Notes under the pieces: model-generated
The model's input: only the letters and a program-made list of their open reading frames with translations
The model's database searches: none
What the model was told of the DNA's origin: nothing
NCBI GenBank assembly: GCA_022865215.1
Contig: JALIDP010000001.1
Coordinates: forward strand, 334-64,333
Direction of reading: 5' to 3'
From: Candidatus Nanohalarchaeota archaeon QJJ-7
Lineage (GTDB): Archaea; Nanohalarchaeota; Nanosalinia; Nanosalinales; Nanohalalkaliarchaeaceae
DNA: 64,000 nt
Position numbers and translations under genes: made by a program
Shown here: positions 16,532 through 25,364 of the stretch, in pieces
Layout: each line of letters starts with the position of its first letter
How positions within the stretch are numbered: position 1 is the stretch's first letter

Positions 16532-17506
16532 CTAAATCAACTGTAGAACCACGAAATAGACAGGATCACCTAAAAGGATCAGCAGGAGAAGAGCGACAGG
16601 GAAGACGGGTACGAACCTCACTCCGGTCCTAACCTTGACCTCCTCTCTCATTTCCCCCAGTTCCTGGACTTGTTCTGATGTAAGACCTGCCACCCTTCCC
16701 CCTTCACTACCGAAGCCTGGAATTTCGAAGGGTAAAGGAGATAGAATCCTGTCTAATATCTTATCAGTGAGACCTTCTATGGGGTCTTCACGGACGTTCT
16801 GGAGCTCTATATCTTCTGCAAGGACGTCTCCCTCTTCCAGTTTGTCTACAGGTATCTTCGACTGCATCGCCCTCGATTCCACAGTCCTCAAGAAAAGAGA
16901 GAGAACGAGGAAACCTGTAAGAACTAATATGAACGCAGCTAGATTACTGACCACTGTCTTCAATGGCGGCGATACTACTGTATATACTGCAAAAGTTCCT
17001 GCAACCATCATCCCCGTAAAAAGGACTATTATCCTGGAATAGTGGTGACGACGCGTCTCGAACTCTTCCTCTAAAGCGGTAAGGAAATCCCCGTGACGTG
17101 AAGCCACATATACCGCATATGAAACACTATAGACTGATCCAACGAGGAAAACCGTCATCAAGAAGGAGAACTGTTCAGGCCATGGCGCACTGTAAACCGG
17201 TTCGAAAGCCGCCACCAGTGCGGGCAACGAGAAGCCTGCAGCCCCGAGTACGAAGGCATCCGCTCCTCCCCACATCCCGGTAAGGTACAGCAGCCATCCG
17301 AAGACGAACAACCCTATACCAGATGCCAGAGAAGCAGCCAAAGGGTCTGGGGAACCGGAAATAAAACTCCTGTAACCATGGAAAAACAGGGCTCCCCCTC
17401 CTATGACGAGTGAGACAGAGTCAGGAACCTCAGTGGTTTCCAGGTCATGGTAGGCTGCATAGGAGAGACCCCCAAGGACGAACACAGCGAACACTTCCAC
17501 CAGCAT
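16532..17506 (-). CDS. archaeal prepilin/preflagellin peptidase (A24 family, PibD/FlaK-like) with extra domain
   Basis: Polytopic membrane protein with two catalytic Asp contexts, AAYHDLETTEVPD and MWGGADAFVLG. It lies divergently next to a pilus operon. Confidence 0.75.
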   Translation of the reverse strand: MLVEVFAVFVLGGLSYAAYHDLETTEVPDSVSLVIGGGALFFHGYRSFISGSPDPLAASLASGIGLFVFGWLLYLTGMWGGADAFVLGAAGFSLPALVAAFEPVYSAPWPEQFSFLMTVFLVGSVYSVSYAVYVASRHGDFLTALEEEFETRRHHYSRIIVLFTGMMVAGTFAVYTVVSPPLKTVVSNLAAFILVLTGFLVLSLFLRTVESRAMQSKIPVDKLEEGDVLAEDIELQNVREDPIEGLTDKILDRILSPLPFEIPGFGSEGGRVAGLTSEQVQELGEMREEVKVRTGVRFVPVFPVALLLLILLGDPVYFVVLQLI

Positions 17507-17581
17507 GTAACTGCCTAGACTCCGGAACTTTTTATCACAACCGTCCGAAGAAGTATAAATGAGGATAGTGAAGGTTTCAAT

Positions 17582-18259
17582 ATGGTAGAGGGCTCTCTTA
17601 TAGAGACAGGGGTGGACAGACTCCTGAACTATGTACAGGATAACGGTAAAGTCGAGCTGAAAGAGGCTTCGAAGGCTCTAGGCGTTGAAAGGGATACAGC
17701 TATGAAATGGGCTTCCGCCCTGGAAGATTCAGGACTCCTGGAGATCCGTTACTCCGTAAGAAGAGGAAGGATACTAGTCCCGATGGAAGGAGAGGTTACG
17801 GAAGAGAAAGTGGAGGAGGCCCGTCAGGAAACTGCTGATGAGATATCTGAAAGAGGTATCCTGGAAAGGGAAGAGTCTGAACTTGAGCAGTATAAAGATA
17901 TGCTTGAAACTGTGGAGGAAAGCCTGAAGGAAGACGAGAAAGAAGCTGAGGATCTGAAATCCGAGCTTGAAGGGGGAAACCTCCAGAGGTTGCGGGGATA
18001 TCTCGAAGAACTTCAGGAAACGGAGAGCGAGATCGAAGAGATAGAATCCGATATCGAGGATATCCTGGCGTCTCTCAGGGTCCTGGAAAAGATGGAGGAA
18101 GAATCCGTAAAGGAGCCTAATAGCGAGCGAAGAGGTCTTAAATACAGGATAAAGTCCCTATTCTCGGGGAAAAACCGAACTTTCAAATGTGAGGAGTGCG
18201 GGAGAGAGTTTGACACGGAACGCGGGTTAAAGACCCATCAGGGGATGATCCATGACTGA
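17582..18259 (+). CDS. winged-helix, coiled-coil and C-terminal C2H2 zinc-finger protein
   Basis: N-terminus VELKEASKALGVERDTAMKWASALEDSGLLEI (wHTH-like). Acidic coiled coil. C-terminus FKCEECGREFDTERGLKTHQGMIH (C-x2-C-x12-H-x4-H). Confidence 0.6.
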   Translation: MVEGSLIETGVDRLLNYVQDNGKVELKEASKALGVERDTAMKWASALEDSGLLEIRYSVRRGRILVPMEGEVTEEKVEEARQETADEISERGILEREESELEQYKDMLETVEESLKEDEKEAEDLKSELEGGNLQRLRGYLEELQETESEIEEIESDIEDILASLRVLEKMEEESVKEPNSERRGLKYRIKSLFSGKNRTFKCEECGREFDTERGLKTHQGMIHD

Positions 18260-19757
18260 AGAGATCGACAGCTACGAGGTGGTATCGGACAAGGTACCTG
18301 CACAGATAACTATAGAGAGAACTGAAGACGAATATGTGCCGGTCTACGAGGTGGATAGACCTAAGACAGAAGAGGCGACGCAGGCCCTCCTCTCGAACGT
18401 CCGGCAGGAGCTTACTTCAACGGTCCAGCTATCATCGAAAGAGTTCATAGATCCTGGAGAGCTGGAAGAAGTAAAAGAAAAGTTTGAGGATAAAGCGGAT
18501 GAGATTCTGGAAGATGAACTCCCCTCCCTGGACGCGGACGAGCGGCAGATAGTGGTCGGAAACCTCCTGCACGAGATGCTCGGACTTGGAGATATCGAGA
18601 TCGTTCTGGACGACGATAACCTTGAGGAAGTGGTGGTCAACGGTGCACAGGAGCCTCTCTGGGTCTACCACAAGGAGCAGGGCTGGCTGAAGACCAATAT
18701 CGCGTTCGAATCCGACGAGGATATCCGGAACAAGGCCTCGGTGGTGGCGAGGAGAGTGGGAAAGCAGATATCTTCACTCCACCCTCTCCTGGATGCGCAC
18801 CTCCCTTCAGGTGACAGGACCAACGCTACCATCTTCCCTATATCGACAGAAGGTAACACCATAACAATCAGGAAGTTCGCACGGAGCCCGTGGACCATCA
18901 CCGATTTCATAGAGAACAACACGCTAAACAAGGATATATCTGCGCTTCTATGGATGGCTATCCAGTACGAGATGAACATAATAATCTCAGGAGGTACAGG
19001 TTCAGGTAAGACCTCACTGCTCAACGTCCTCACTCCATTCATACCCCCCAATCACCGTATCGTGTCCATCGAAGATACCCGGGAGATCTCACTTCCAGAG
19101 TTCCTGCACTGGGTACCTCTCACGACTCGAGAACCCAACCCTGAAGGGAAAGGCGGGGTTTCCATGCTTGACCTACTAGTCAACTCTCTCAGGATGCGCC
19201 CTGACAGGATAATCGTGGGAGAGATAAGGAGAGAAAGGCAGGCAGAAGTACTTTTCGAGGCTATGCATACAGGCCACTCAGTATATTCCACACTCCACGC
19301 GGACACAGCGGAGCAGACTATCAGGAGGTTAATCAACCCGCCGATAAACGTTCCGGAAACCCTGATGGAATCCGTAGACCTGAACGTGGTCATGTTCCGT
19401 GACCGGCAGAAGAACATCAGGAGGGCTATGCAGGTCTCAGAAGTTATGGCCGAACACCGCGGAGGGGAGACCGACATCTCGCCCAACGTTATCTACCGAT
19501 GGAGGTCTTCAGATGACGAGATCGTGAAGCAGAACCCGAGTTCGAAAATGTTCGACCAGCTTAAAATGCATACAGGTCTCTCGGACAGCGGGATAGAAGA
19601 AGGTCTTGAGGATCGGAAACAGGTACTCGACTGGATGCTGGAGCATGAAGTGAATAACGTCGACAGAGTGGGCAAGGTCATCGCAGAGTTCTATAAGGAC
19701 CAGGACAAGATAATAGATGCGGTAAAAGACGGTGAAGAACCGGAAAACGTGCTGTAA
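18252..19757 (+). CDS. type IV pilus/archaellum-type secretion ATPase (PilB/FlaI/TadA family)
   Basis: Walker A SGGTGSGKTSLLN. Asp box and Walker B RPDRIIVGEIRRE. His box TGHSVYSTLHA. Confidence 0.9.
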   Translation: MTEEIDSYEVVSDKVPAQITIERTEDEYVPVYEVDRPKTEEATQALLSNVRQELTSTVQLSSKEFIDPGELEEVKEKFEDKADEILEDELPSLDADERQIVVGNLLHEMLGLGDIEIVLDDDNLEEVVVNGAQEPLWVYHKEQGWLKTNIAFESDEDIRNKASVVARRVGKQISSLHPLLDAHLPSGDRTNATIFPISTEGNTITIRKFARSPWTITDFIENNTLNKDISALLWMAIQYEMNIIISGGTGSGKTSLLNVLTPFIPPNHRIVSIEDTREISLPEFLHWVPLTTREPNPEGKGGVSMLDLLVNSLRMRPDRIIVGEIRRERQAEVLFEAMHTGHSVYSTLHADTAEQTIRRLINPPINVPETLMESVDLNVVMFRDRQKNIRRAMQVSEVMAEHRGGETDISPNVIYRWRSSDDEIVKQNPSSKMFDQLKMHTGLSDSGIEEGLEDRKQVLDWMLEHEVNNVDRVGKVIAEFYKDQDKIIDAVKDGEEPENVL

Positions 19758-19775
19758 AAAAGTTGGTACAGTGTC

Positions 19776-20618
19776 ATGAAAGACAAAATCAGCGAACCGT
19801 TTCTCCCTGCGGCCGAGCGGTTGACATCCCTCTTCCCGGACATGGAAAGGAAGCTCCTACAGGCACAGATGGATACCACTCCAGTACGCCATCTCGCTGA
19901 ATCGGTAGTTATGGGGATCGGAACCATGATATTCTTCGGATCGATATTCGTCATACTCGGGAGCAACTTCGGGACAACATCACTCCTCAGGCTCTCAGTT
20001 CTCATAGCGCCTGCTGCAGGCGTCCTGGGATTTCTAATCTACGCAAAGTATCCCGACATGAAAGCAAGGAGAAGAGTCCAAAAATTGGAGCGCGACCTCC
20101 CTTACGCACTACGTCACCTCCTGATAGAGGTCCAGTCCGGTATGAACCTTTACGAGGCTATGGTCTCGATATCTGAAGGTTACGGAGAGGCCTCGGTGGA
20201 GTTCCAGCGGATAGTCAAAGACATAAACGCAGGGGTTTCGGAGATGGAAGCTTTGGAAAAGGCAGTTATAAGGAACCCCTCTCTCCAGTTTCGTCGTTCA
20301 CTCTGGCAGATGATAAACACTATCAAGGCAGGATCTGACCTGGGTAACACCCTAGAATCCCTGGTTGACGCGATAATGACGCAGCAGATGACTGAAGTGA
20401 AACGGTACGGACAGGAACTCAACCCATACATACTCTTCTACCTCATAGTTGCAGTCATCGTACCTTCTCTTGGAGCGTCATTCCTCGTCATCTTCTCAAC
20501 ATTCACAGGGGGTAATGTCTCCAAGCCGATGTTCTACATGATACTGGTATCTATAATCGGATTCCAGATAATGTTCCTCCAGGTGGTACGGACCAAGCGT
20601 CCGGAGGTGAAGATCTGA
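19776..20618 (+). CDS. T2SF-domain membrane protein (TadB/EpdJ-like half of a FlaJ/PilC platform)
   Basis: Single T2SSF-like domain (LPYALRHLLIEVQSGMNLYEAM...) with flanking TM helices. It follows the ATPase. Confidence 0.75.
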   Translation: MKDKISEPFLPAAERLTSLFPDMERKLLQAQMDTTPVRHLAESVVMGIGTMIFFGSIFVILGSNFGTTSLLRLSVLIAPAAGVLGFLIYAKYPDMKARRRVQKLERDLPYALRHLLIEVQSGMNLYEAMVSISEGYGEASVEFQRIVKDINAGVSEMEALEKAVIRNPSLQFRRSLWQMINTIKAGSDLGNTLESLVDAIMTQQMTEVKRYGQELNPYILFYLIVAVIVPSLGASFLVIFSTFTGGNVSKPMFYMILVSIIGFQIMFLQVVRTKRPEVKI

Positions 20619-21571
20619 TGCACCTGCTGGAGAGGCTGGCATCAATACTTCCACAGAGTTACTTGGATAGTATAGAGAAACAGGCCTATTACGCCCATTT
20701 CCCGGGTTACAGGGATACGACTTCACTGATACTGGTGATCGGGACTCTCGCAATCTTGGCGACTGCTTTCCTCCTTCCAGTATCGAACGCTATCAGGGCA
20801 TTGGTAGCTCTCGGAGGATTCGTAATCGTGGCAGCGTTCCCCTATATCCTCTTCTCACTTATGGCGGAAAGGAGACGCCGAGCAATCGAGAACGTGTTAC
20901 CTGACGCCCTGTTGCTCATCAGCGCGAACATAGAGTCAGGTCTCACCGTTGACAAGGCATTCCTGGTCAGTGCGAGGGACGAGTTCGGTCCTCTAGCAGA
21001 TGATATCCGTCTCACCGCGATGAAGATGTTCGGCGGGATGCCTGTGGAAGAAGCACTGGATGAACTGGCGGAGTCGACCAATTCCGAGCTCTTCGAAGAG
21101 ACCCTGAAACTCCTGGTAGATGGTATAAGTTCTGGAGGTGAGGTTTCCAGCCTCCTGGAGAGTTCAGCTAACGATATCCGCACATCGCTACAGCTCAGGG
21201 AGGAGATAGCGACCAACGTCCGGATGTACTCCATGTTCATAATGATAGCCGCAGTCGTTGGAGCACCTCTCCTCTTCGGAGTCTCCACCTACCTGACAGA
21301 AACTACATCGCAGCTCTGGGCTTCCGCGGATGTCGGGGGCGTCCCCTCTCAAGGGTTCGTCTCTCTGAGCGAGCCTGAGATCGATATCGAGTTCTTCAGA
21401 CAGTTCGCGATGGCAGCGATAGCTATAACCAACATCTTTGCAGCTCTCCTCATGTCTGAGATAAAGCGCGGTAGCATGAAGGAAGGACTGAAGAAAGTCC
21501 CTCTGTTCGTCATCGTTTCTCTTGGAATCTTTTACGCCAGTCTGAAAGTGATAGTGATATTCCTAGGCTAG
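20618..21571 (+). CDS. T2SF-domain membrane protein (TadC/EpdK-like second half)
   Basis: Second single T2SSF-like domain (LPDALLLISANIESGLTVDKAF...). The ATG overlaps the previous stop (TGATG). Confidence 0.75.
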   Translation: MHLLERLASILPQSYLDSIEKQAYYAHFPGYRDTTSLILVIGTLAILATAFLLPVSNAIRALVALGGFVIVAAFPYILFSLMAERRRRAIENVLPDALLLISANIESGLTVDKAFLVSARDEFGPLADDIRLTAMKMFGGMPVEEALDELAESTNSELFEETLKLLVDGISSGGEVSSLLESSANDIRTSLQLREEIATNVRMYSMFIMIAAVVGAPLLFGVSTYLTETTSQLWASADVGGVPSQGFVSLSEPEIDIEFFRQFAMAAIAITNIFAALLMSEIKRGSMKEGLKKVPLFVIVSLGIFYASLKVIVIFLG

Positions 21572-21611
21572 CATTACTTATTTAAACTAGCCGAAAAGAA
21601 ATAGGGCTTGT

Positions 21612-22070
21612 ATGAGACGCGGACAAGTATCTGTAGAGTACCTAGCAATCTTTGGCCTGGTACTTCTGGCGATCGTAGGTGCCGTGTCCTTCATCTCGGG
21701 TACGGGTTTCCTGAACCCGTGTCAGGCTACGACCCCGAGCTTCACAGGACAGCCTTTCACCCTTGAGGAGGTAAGGTTCACCGGCACCAACGAGATCACC
21801 GCCAGTGTCAGCGCGACCACGCAGGACCTCAACAACGTGGGAATCCGGGTTGACACAGACGGTGACGGCGCATCCGAACATGACAGCACTAATGTCGTCT
21901 CTTCACTGAGCGCTGGTGCCTCTGGTGACACGATCACGCTTTCCACCGGAGATGCATTTGCCAGTGGAGAGTGTGCGAGTGTGACATTCGGGGTCAACTA
22001 CTCGACCGAGGACATCACACAGGAATCGGTCGCATGGGGCTCCACATCACTCACCCGCACAGCGCCGTAA
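21612..22070 (+). CDS. archaeal type IV pilin-like protein (class III signal peptide, DUF361 motif)
   Basis: N-terminus MRRGQVSVEYLAIFGLVLLAIVGAV: basic residues, G/Q cleavage context, then a hydrophobic helix. Confidence 0.75.
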   Translation: MRRGQVSVEYLAIFGLVLLAIVGAVSFISGTGFLNPCQATTPSFTGQPFTLEEVRFTGTNEITASVSATTQDLNNVGIRVDTDGDGASEHDSTNVVSSLSAGASGDTITLSTGDAFASGECASVTFGVNYSTEDITQESVAWGSTSLTRTAP

Positions 22071-22123
22071 GGAGACCTCCCCCACAGGCCACTGATTTAA
22101 GTGAGTAGCTGTAATCAGGGCCT

Positions 22124-22531
22124 ATGAGAAAGGGACAGGTAGCGCTGGAGTACATGGCCATAATAGGTCTTGCGCTGTTAGTCTCGACGCCTCTTATCAT
22201 AGAGGTACAGACGTCATCGCAGGACCTCAGGGATTCCTTCCAGAACGGGCTCGCGAAGAATGCCCTTAACAACGCAGAAGAAGCTGCTTCGCTAGTTAAC
22301 TCTCAGGGGCCTCCTGCCAAAGTGACCTTCAGGATACGTCTCCCTGACGGTATCACCCAGACGAACGTTTCAGATAGCTATCTCTACATCCAGCGACGGA
22401 TGGGGGCTACGGAAACAGATTTCTACAATACAGTCGATTTCAACGTTAAAGGAGATCTGCCCGAAACGTCAGGAGTCCACACCATGGTAGCGGAGGCCGA
22501 ACCAAATCATGTCAATATCACCGAGAAGTAA
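22124..22531 (+). CDS. archaeal type IV pilin-like protein (class III signal peptide)
   Basis: N-terminus MRKGQVALEYMAIIGLALLV. Confidence 0.75.
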   Translation: MRKGQVALEYMAIIGLALLVSTPLIIEVQTSSQDLRDSFQNGLAKNALNNAEEAASLVNSQGPPAKVTFRIRLPDGITQTNVSDSYLYIQRRMGATETDFYNTVDFNVKGDLPETSGVHTMVAEAEPNHVNITEK

Positions 22532-22919
22532 AGGACAGTCCTCCCTGGAGTTCGTAACCATGACGGTGCTCCTGCTCCTTATCTTCACCATCTTCGTATC
22601 CCTTTTCTCAGGTAACCAGGCCGAGGCTGTCAAAGAGGAGCGGGCCAGGATCGCACTAGCAGTGGCGGATCAGATAGCTTTCGAACTGGACCTCGCGTTC
22701 ACTGAAGATCAAGGTTTCTCCCGGACATTTGACCTCAGGGACAGTATCGGCGGCCAGGAGTACAATGTTATTGTGAACGGAAGTACTGTCCACCTCTCCT
22801 ACGGAGATAACCGGAGCGTGGTCTCCACCACTGCCGCGGACAACGTCACAGGAGAAGTGAAACCCGGAGAGAACACGGTCGATAACGAGGGAGGTGTGAT
22901 ATATGTCACGCAGCCGTAA
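22509..22919 (+). CDS. archaeal type IV pilin-like protein (class III signal peptide)
   Basis: N-terminus MSISPRSKGQSSLEFVTMTVLLLLIF. It overlaps the previous gene by 23 nt. Confidence 0.7.
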   Translation: MSISPRSKGQSSLEFVTMTVLLLLIFTIFVSLFSGNQAEAVKEERARIALAVADQIAFELDLAFTEDQGFSRTFDLRDSIGGQEYNVIVNGSTVHLSYGDNRSVVSTTAADNVTGEVKPGENTVDNEGGVIYVTQP

Positions 22920-23433
22920 GGGGCAGATGTTCACTGTCGATATGATAGCTAGCGTTCTAATATTCATTCTTATCGTGAACCTTTCCATGATGACCTGGAA
23001 CATCGCACAGAGGAACAGCGTGATGTTCAACGAGGAACGTTCTTTGCGTGATCGTGCAGCCCAGATATCTGATATACTAATCCGTACGCCGGGCCACCCG
23101 GAGGACTGGAACGCCGATAACGTGGAGATTATCGGTCTGACCGCTCCAGATCACGTACTTTCCAGGGAGAAATTGGAGGAGTTCGATTCCCTGTCCTATT
23201 CCGAACAGTCCAAACTTCTCAGGATCCGTCAGAACGATTTCCAACTGGAAATCTCTAAAGAGGGTCAGCTGGTCAACGTGAGTTCGGATGGGGGAAACCT
23301 TACACTATCCTTCGGTCAGCCTCCTTCGGAAAGCTCCGGTACCGTCGTCGTTGACGAACGCCGGGTGCTGGTAAATGAATCAGAAAAACGAGGATACAGC
23401 CCTGCTATACTTCGTACGGTGTTATGGAGATGA
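22903..23433 (+). CDS. pilin-like protein (class III signal peptide)
   Basis: N-terminus MSRSRKGQMFTVDMIASVLIFILIV. Operon overlap with both neighbours. Confidence 0.65.
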   Translation: MSRSRKGQMFTVDMIASVLIFILIVNLSMMTWNIAQRNSVMFNEERSLRDRAAQISDILIRTPGHPEDWNADNVEIIGLTAPDHVLSREKLEEFDSLSYSEQSKLLRIRQNDFQLEISKEGQLVNVSSDGGNLTLSFGQPPSESSGTVVVDERRVLVNESEKRGYSPAILRTVLWR

Positions 23434-25364
23434 GAAAAGGATTCTACTTCTCGTTCGATGCCATAGTGGCTCTGACCCTCCTAGGGTTCACCACGGTTCT
23501 ACTCCTCTGGAGCTCGGCTCCCACGCAGTCAACAGGAGATATAACCACAGAGACTTTCCGGAAAACTAACACCCTTGCCGAAGATTCGGTACAGATGGCT
23601 TCCCGCAGCAGTCTAGGTCAGGCCTTCACTCAGGAAGAGGTCGAGCATTATATCAACGATACCGAACTGGAGAAGGAGGACTCGGAGAAAAGCGTGATGG
23701 ATGTTATATCGGTTCTCTGGGCTTCGAAAGACACTGAGGCCGCAAAGAACATCTCGAAAGAATTCTTTGACGGCATCATCTCCGACGGCTATGGATACAG
23801 GGTTTCCATCTCAGGTGATGAGGACACGCTCATTTTCAACTCCTCCCGACTGAACACCTCAGAGGCACTGGCCAAGTCCCAGCGGATCGTCTCAGGGGTC
23901 CAGAAGAATCAGCCGCAGGAAGGCTACCTTTCACGGGCCCGCGCGGAACAGGTTGACAAGAACACTACCGAGGTTTTCGAGATACCGATGGGAGGATCAG
24001 CAGTGAGCGGCGGGACTTCGAACTCTCTGGACCTGACACGACATTTCGAACTGGATGCGGAGGATATCCAGAACGCGACACTGTTCCTTTCGATCCGTAC
24101 CGGGGGTTCGGACCCGAACTCGATCGATGTTCAGGTCAACGGACAGGATGCCGATTTCCCAAGTACCTGGGACTACGAGGTAGACAAGGAGGGGAACCAT
24201 TTGTTGTTCCACAAGGAGCAGGTGACGGATATGCTGCAGAAGGGGTGGAACTCCATCTATGTGTCGGCGAAGAACACCGCTTCGAACAAGGAGGTGGACG
24301 GTGCAGTGCAGCTGAACCCTGGATCCCGGGTTTCAGTCACGTACCGGAGCAATCAGACAGGCAACATTTCAACCATGTTCAGCGACCGGAAGTATTTCAC
24401 CAATATCGAGACCGAAGGGCACCAGAACACTCCGCATGGCGTTTGGCAGGTGATGTCCTACTACGTGCCAGACGATGCGGATGTGAAAGATGTCGCGCTA
24501 CAGCTGAGTGCAAGGGACGTGGACGAGATCAGTAACCGGAACGAGACACAGGTCTGGCTGAACGATGAACTGGTGAACGCGACCTCGATCTGTACCTCTG
24601 AGGCACCGGGTCAGTGCGACGGGGAGCAGGACATCGACTTCAGGTATAACCTGACGAACCACACAGATACCGGTACAAACGTGGTCACTGTATACATCGA
24701 CACGTTCCTGAACGATAACGGAAGTATCAGCGGGTTCGGGGACGATAACCATATCGAACTTTATTCCGATCCAGAAACTTCTCCTTCTGAGTCCTCCTAT
24801 CTTGAATACGAGTACGAGCGGTCTCGCTCCAACCTTGTATTCGGTAAGATAGAGCTGGCCCGTACTGAGAGGTTCGGTGGGATACGTTCCAACCCGAAGA
24901 CTTACAACACAACGTTCCAGAAGAACGTATCGTTACTCAGCACTTTCACCCATCTCGCACAGCTCGACAGCCAGAATGTGACCGTTAAAGCTGAATATGG
25001 GGGGGAACAGGTAGCGTTCCAATCTCCCCGCGAGTTCATTACTCCGACAGATATCTCCATTCCCCCTGAATTTTTCGACATCACGACCGAGAACAACGTT
25101 ACGATCTCGGATGAGTGCACTAACAAGTGCGACGTGTTACCAGAGACAACATTCGAGCGCCGGCTCCTTATCAAGTCCCAGGTACCTTATGGAGATACTT
25201 TCCAGAACAGGAGCTCGGCGCAGGAGGATGCGGAAGAACGGCTCAACAAGACTCTGGGAGAGTTCGTCGACGCCACGGAGATAGCTTCAGACACTCTCAG
25301 CATTAACAACGTGCCCTGGCTCTTCGGGCCTGTAACGTTCGAACTTGAGGTGTGGAAAGAATGA
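23424..25364 (+). CDS. large pilin-like / putative pilus-associated adhesin, 646 aa
   Basis: N-terminus MEMRKGFYFSFDAIVALTLLGF (prepilin-like). The large extracellular part has many N-x-S/T sequons. No other recognisable domain. Confidence 0.6.
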   Translation: MEMRKGFYFSFDAIVALTLLGFTTVLLLWSSAPTQSTGDITTETFRKTNTLAEDSVQMASRSSLGQAFTQEEVEHYINDTELEKEDSEKSVMDVISVLWASKDTEAAKNISKEFFDGIISDGYGYRVSISGDEDTLIFNSSRLNTSEALAKSQRIVSGVQKNQPQEGYLSRARAEQVDKNTTEVFEIPMGGSAVSGGTSNSLDLTRHFELDAEDIQNATLFLSIRTGGSDPNSIDVQVNGQDADFPSTWDYEVDKEGNHLLFHKEQVTDMLQKGWNSIYVSAKNTASNKEVDGAVQLNPGSRVSVTYRSNQTGNISTMFSDRKYFTNIETEGHQNTPHGVWQVMSYYVPDDADVKDVALQLSARDVDEISNRNETQVWLNDELVNATSICTSEAPGQCDGEQDIDFRYNLTNHTDTGTNVVTVYIDTFLNDNGSISGFGDDNHIELYSDPETSPSESSYLEYEYERSRSNLVFGKIELARTERFGGIRSNPKTYNTTFQKNVSLLSTFTHLAQLDSQNVTVKAEYGGEQVAFQSPREFITPTDISIPPEFFDITTENNVTISDECTNKCDVLPETTFERRLLIKSQVPYGDTFQNRSSAQEDAEERLNKTLGEFVDATEIASDTLSINNVPWLFGPVTFELEVWKE

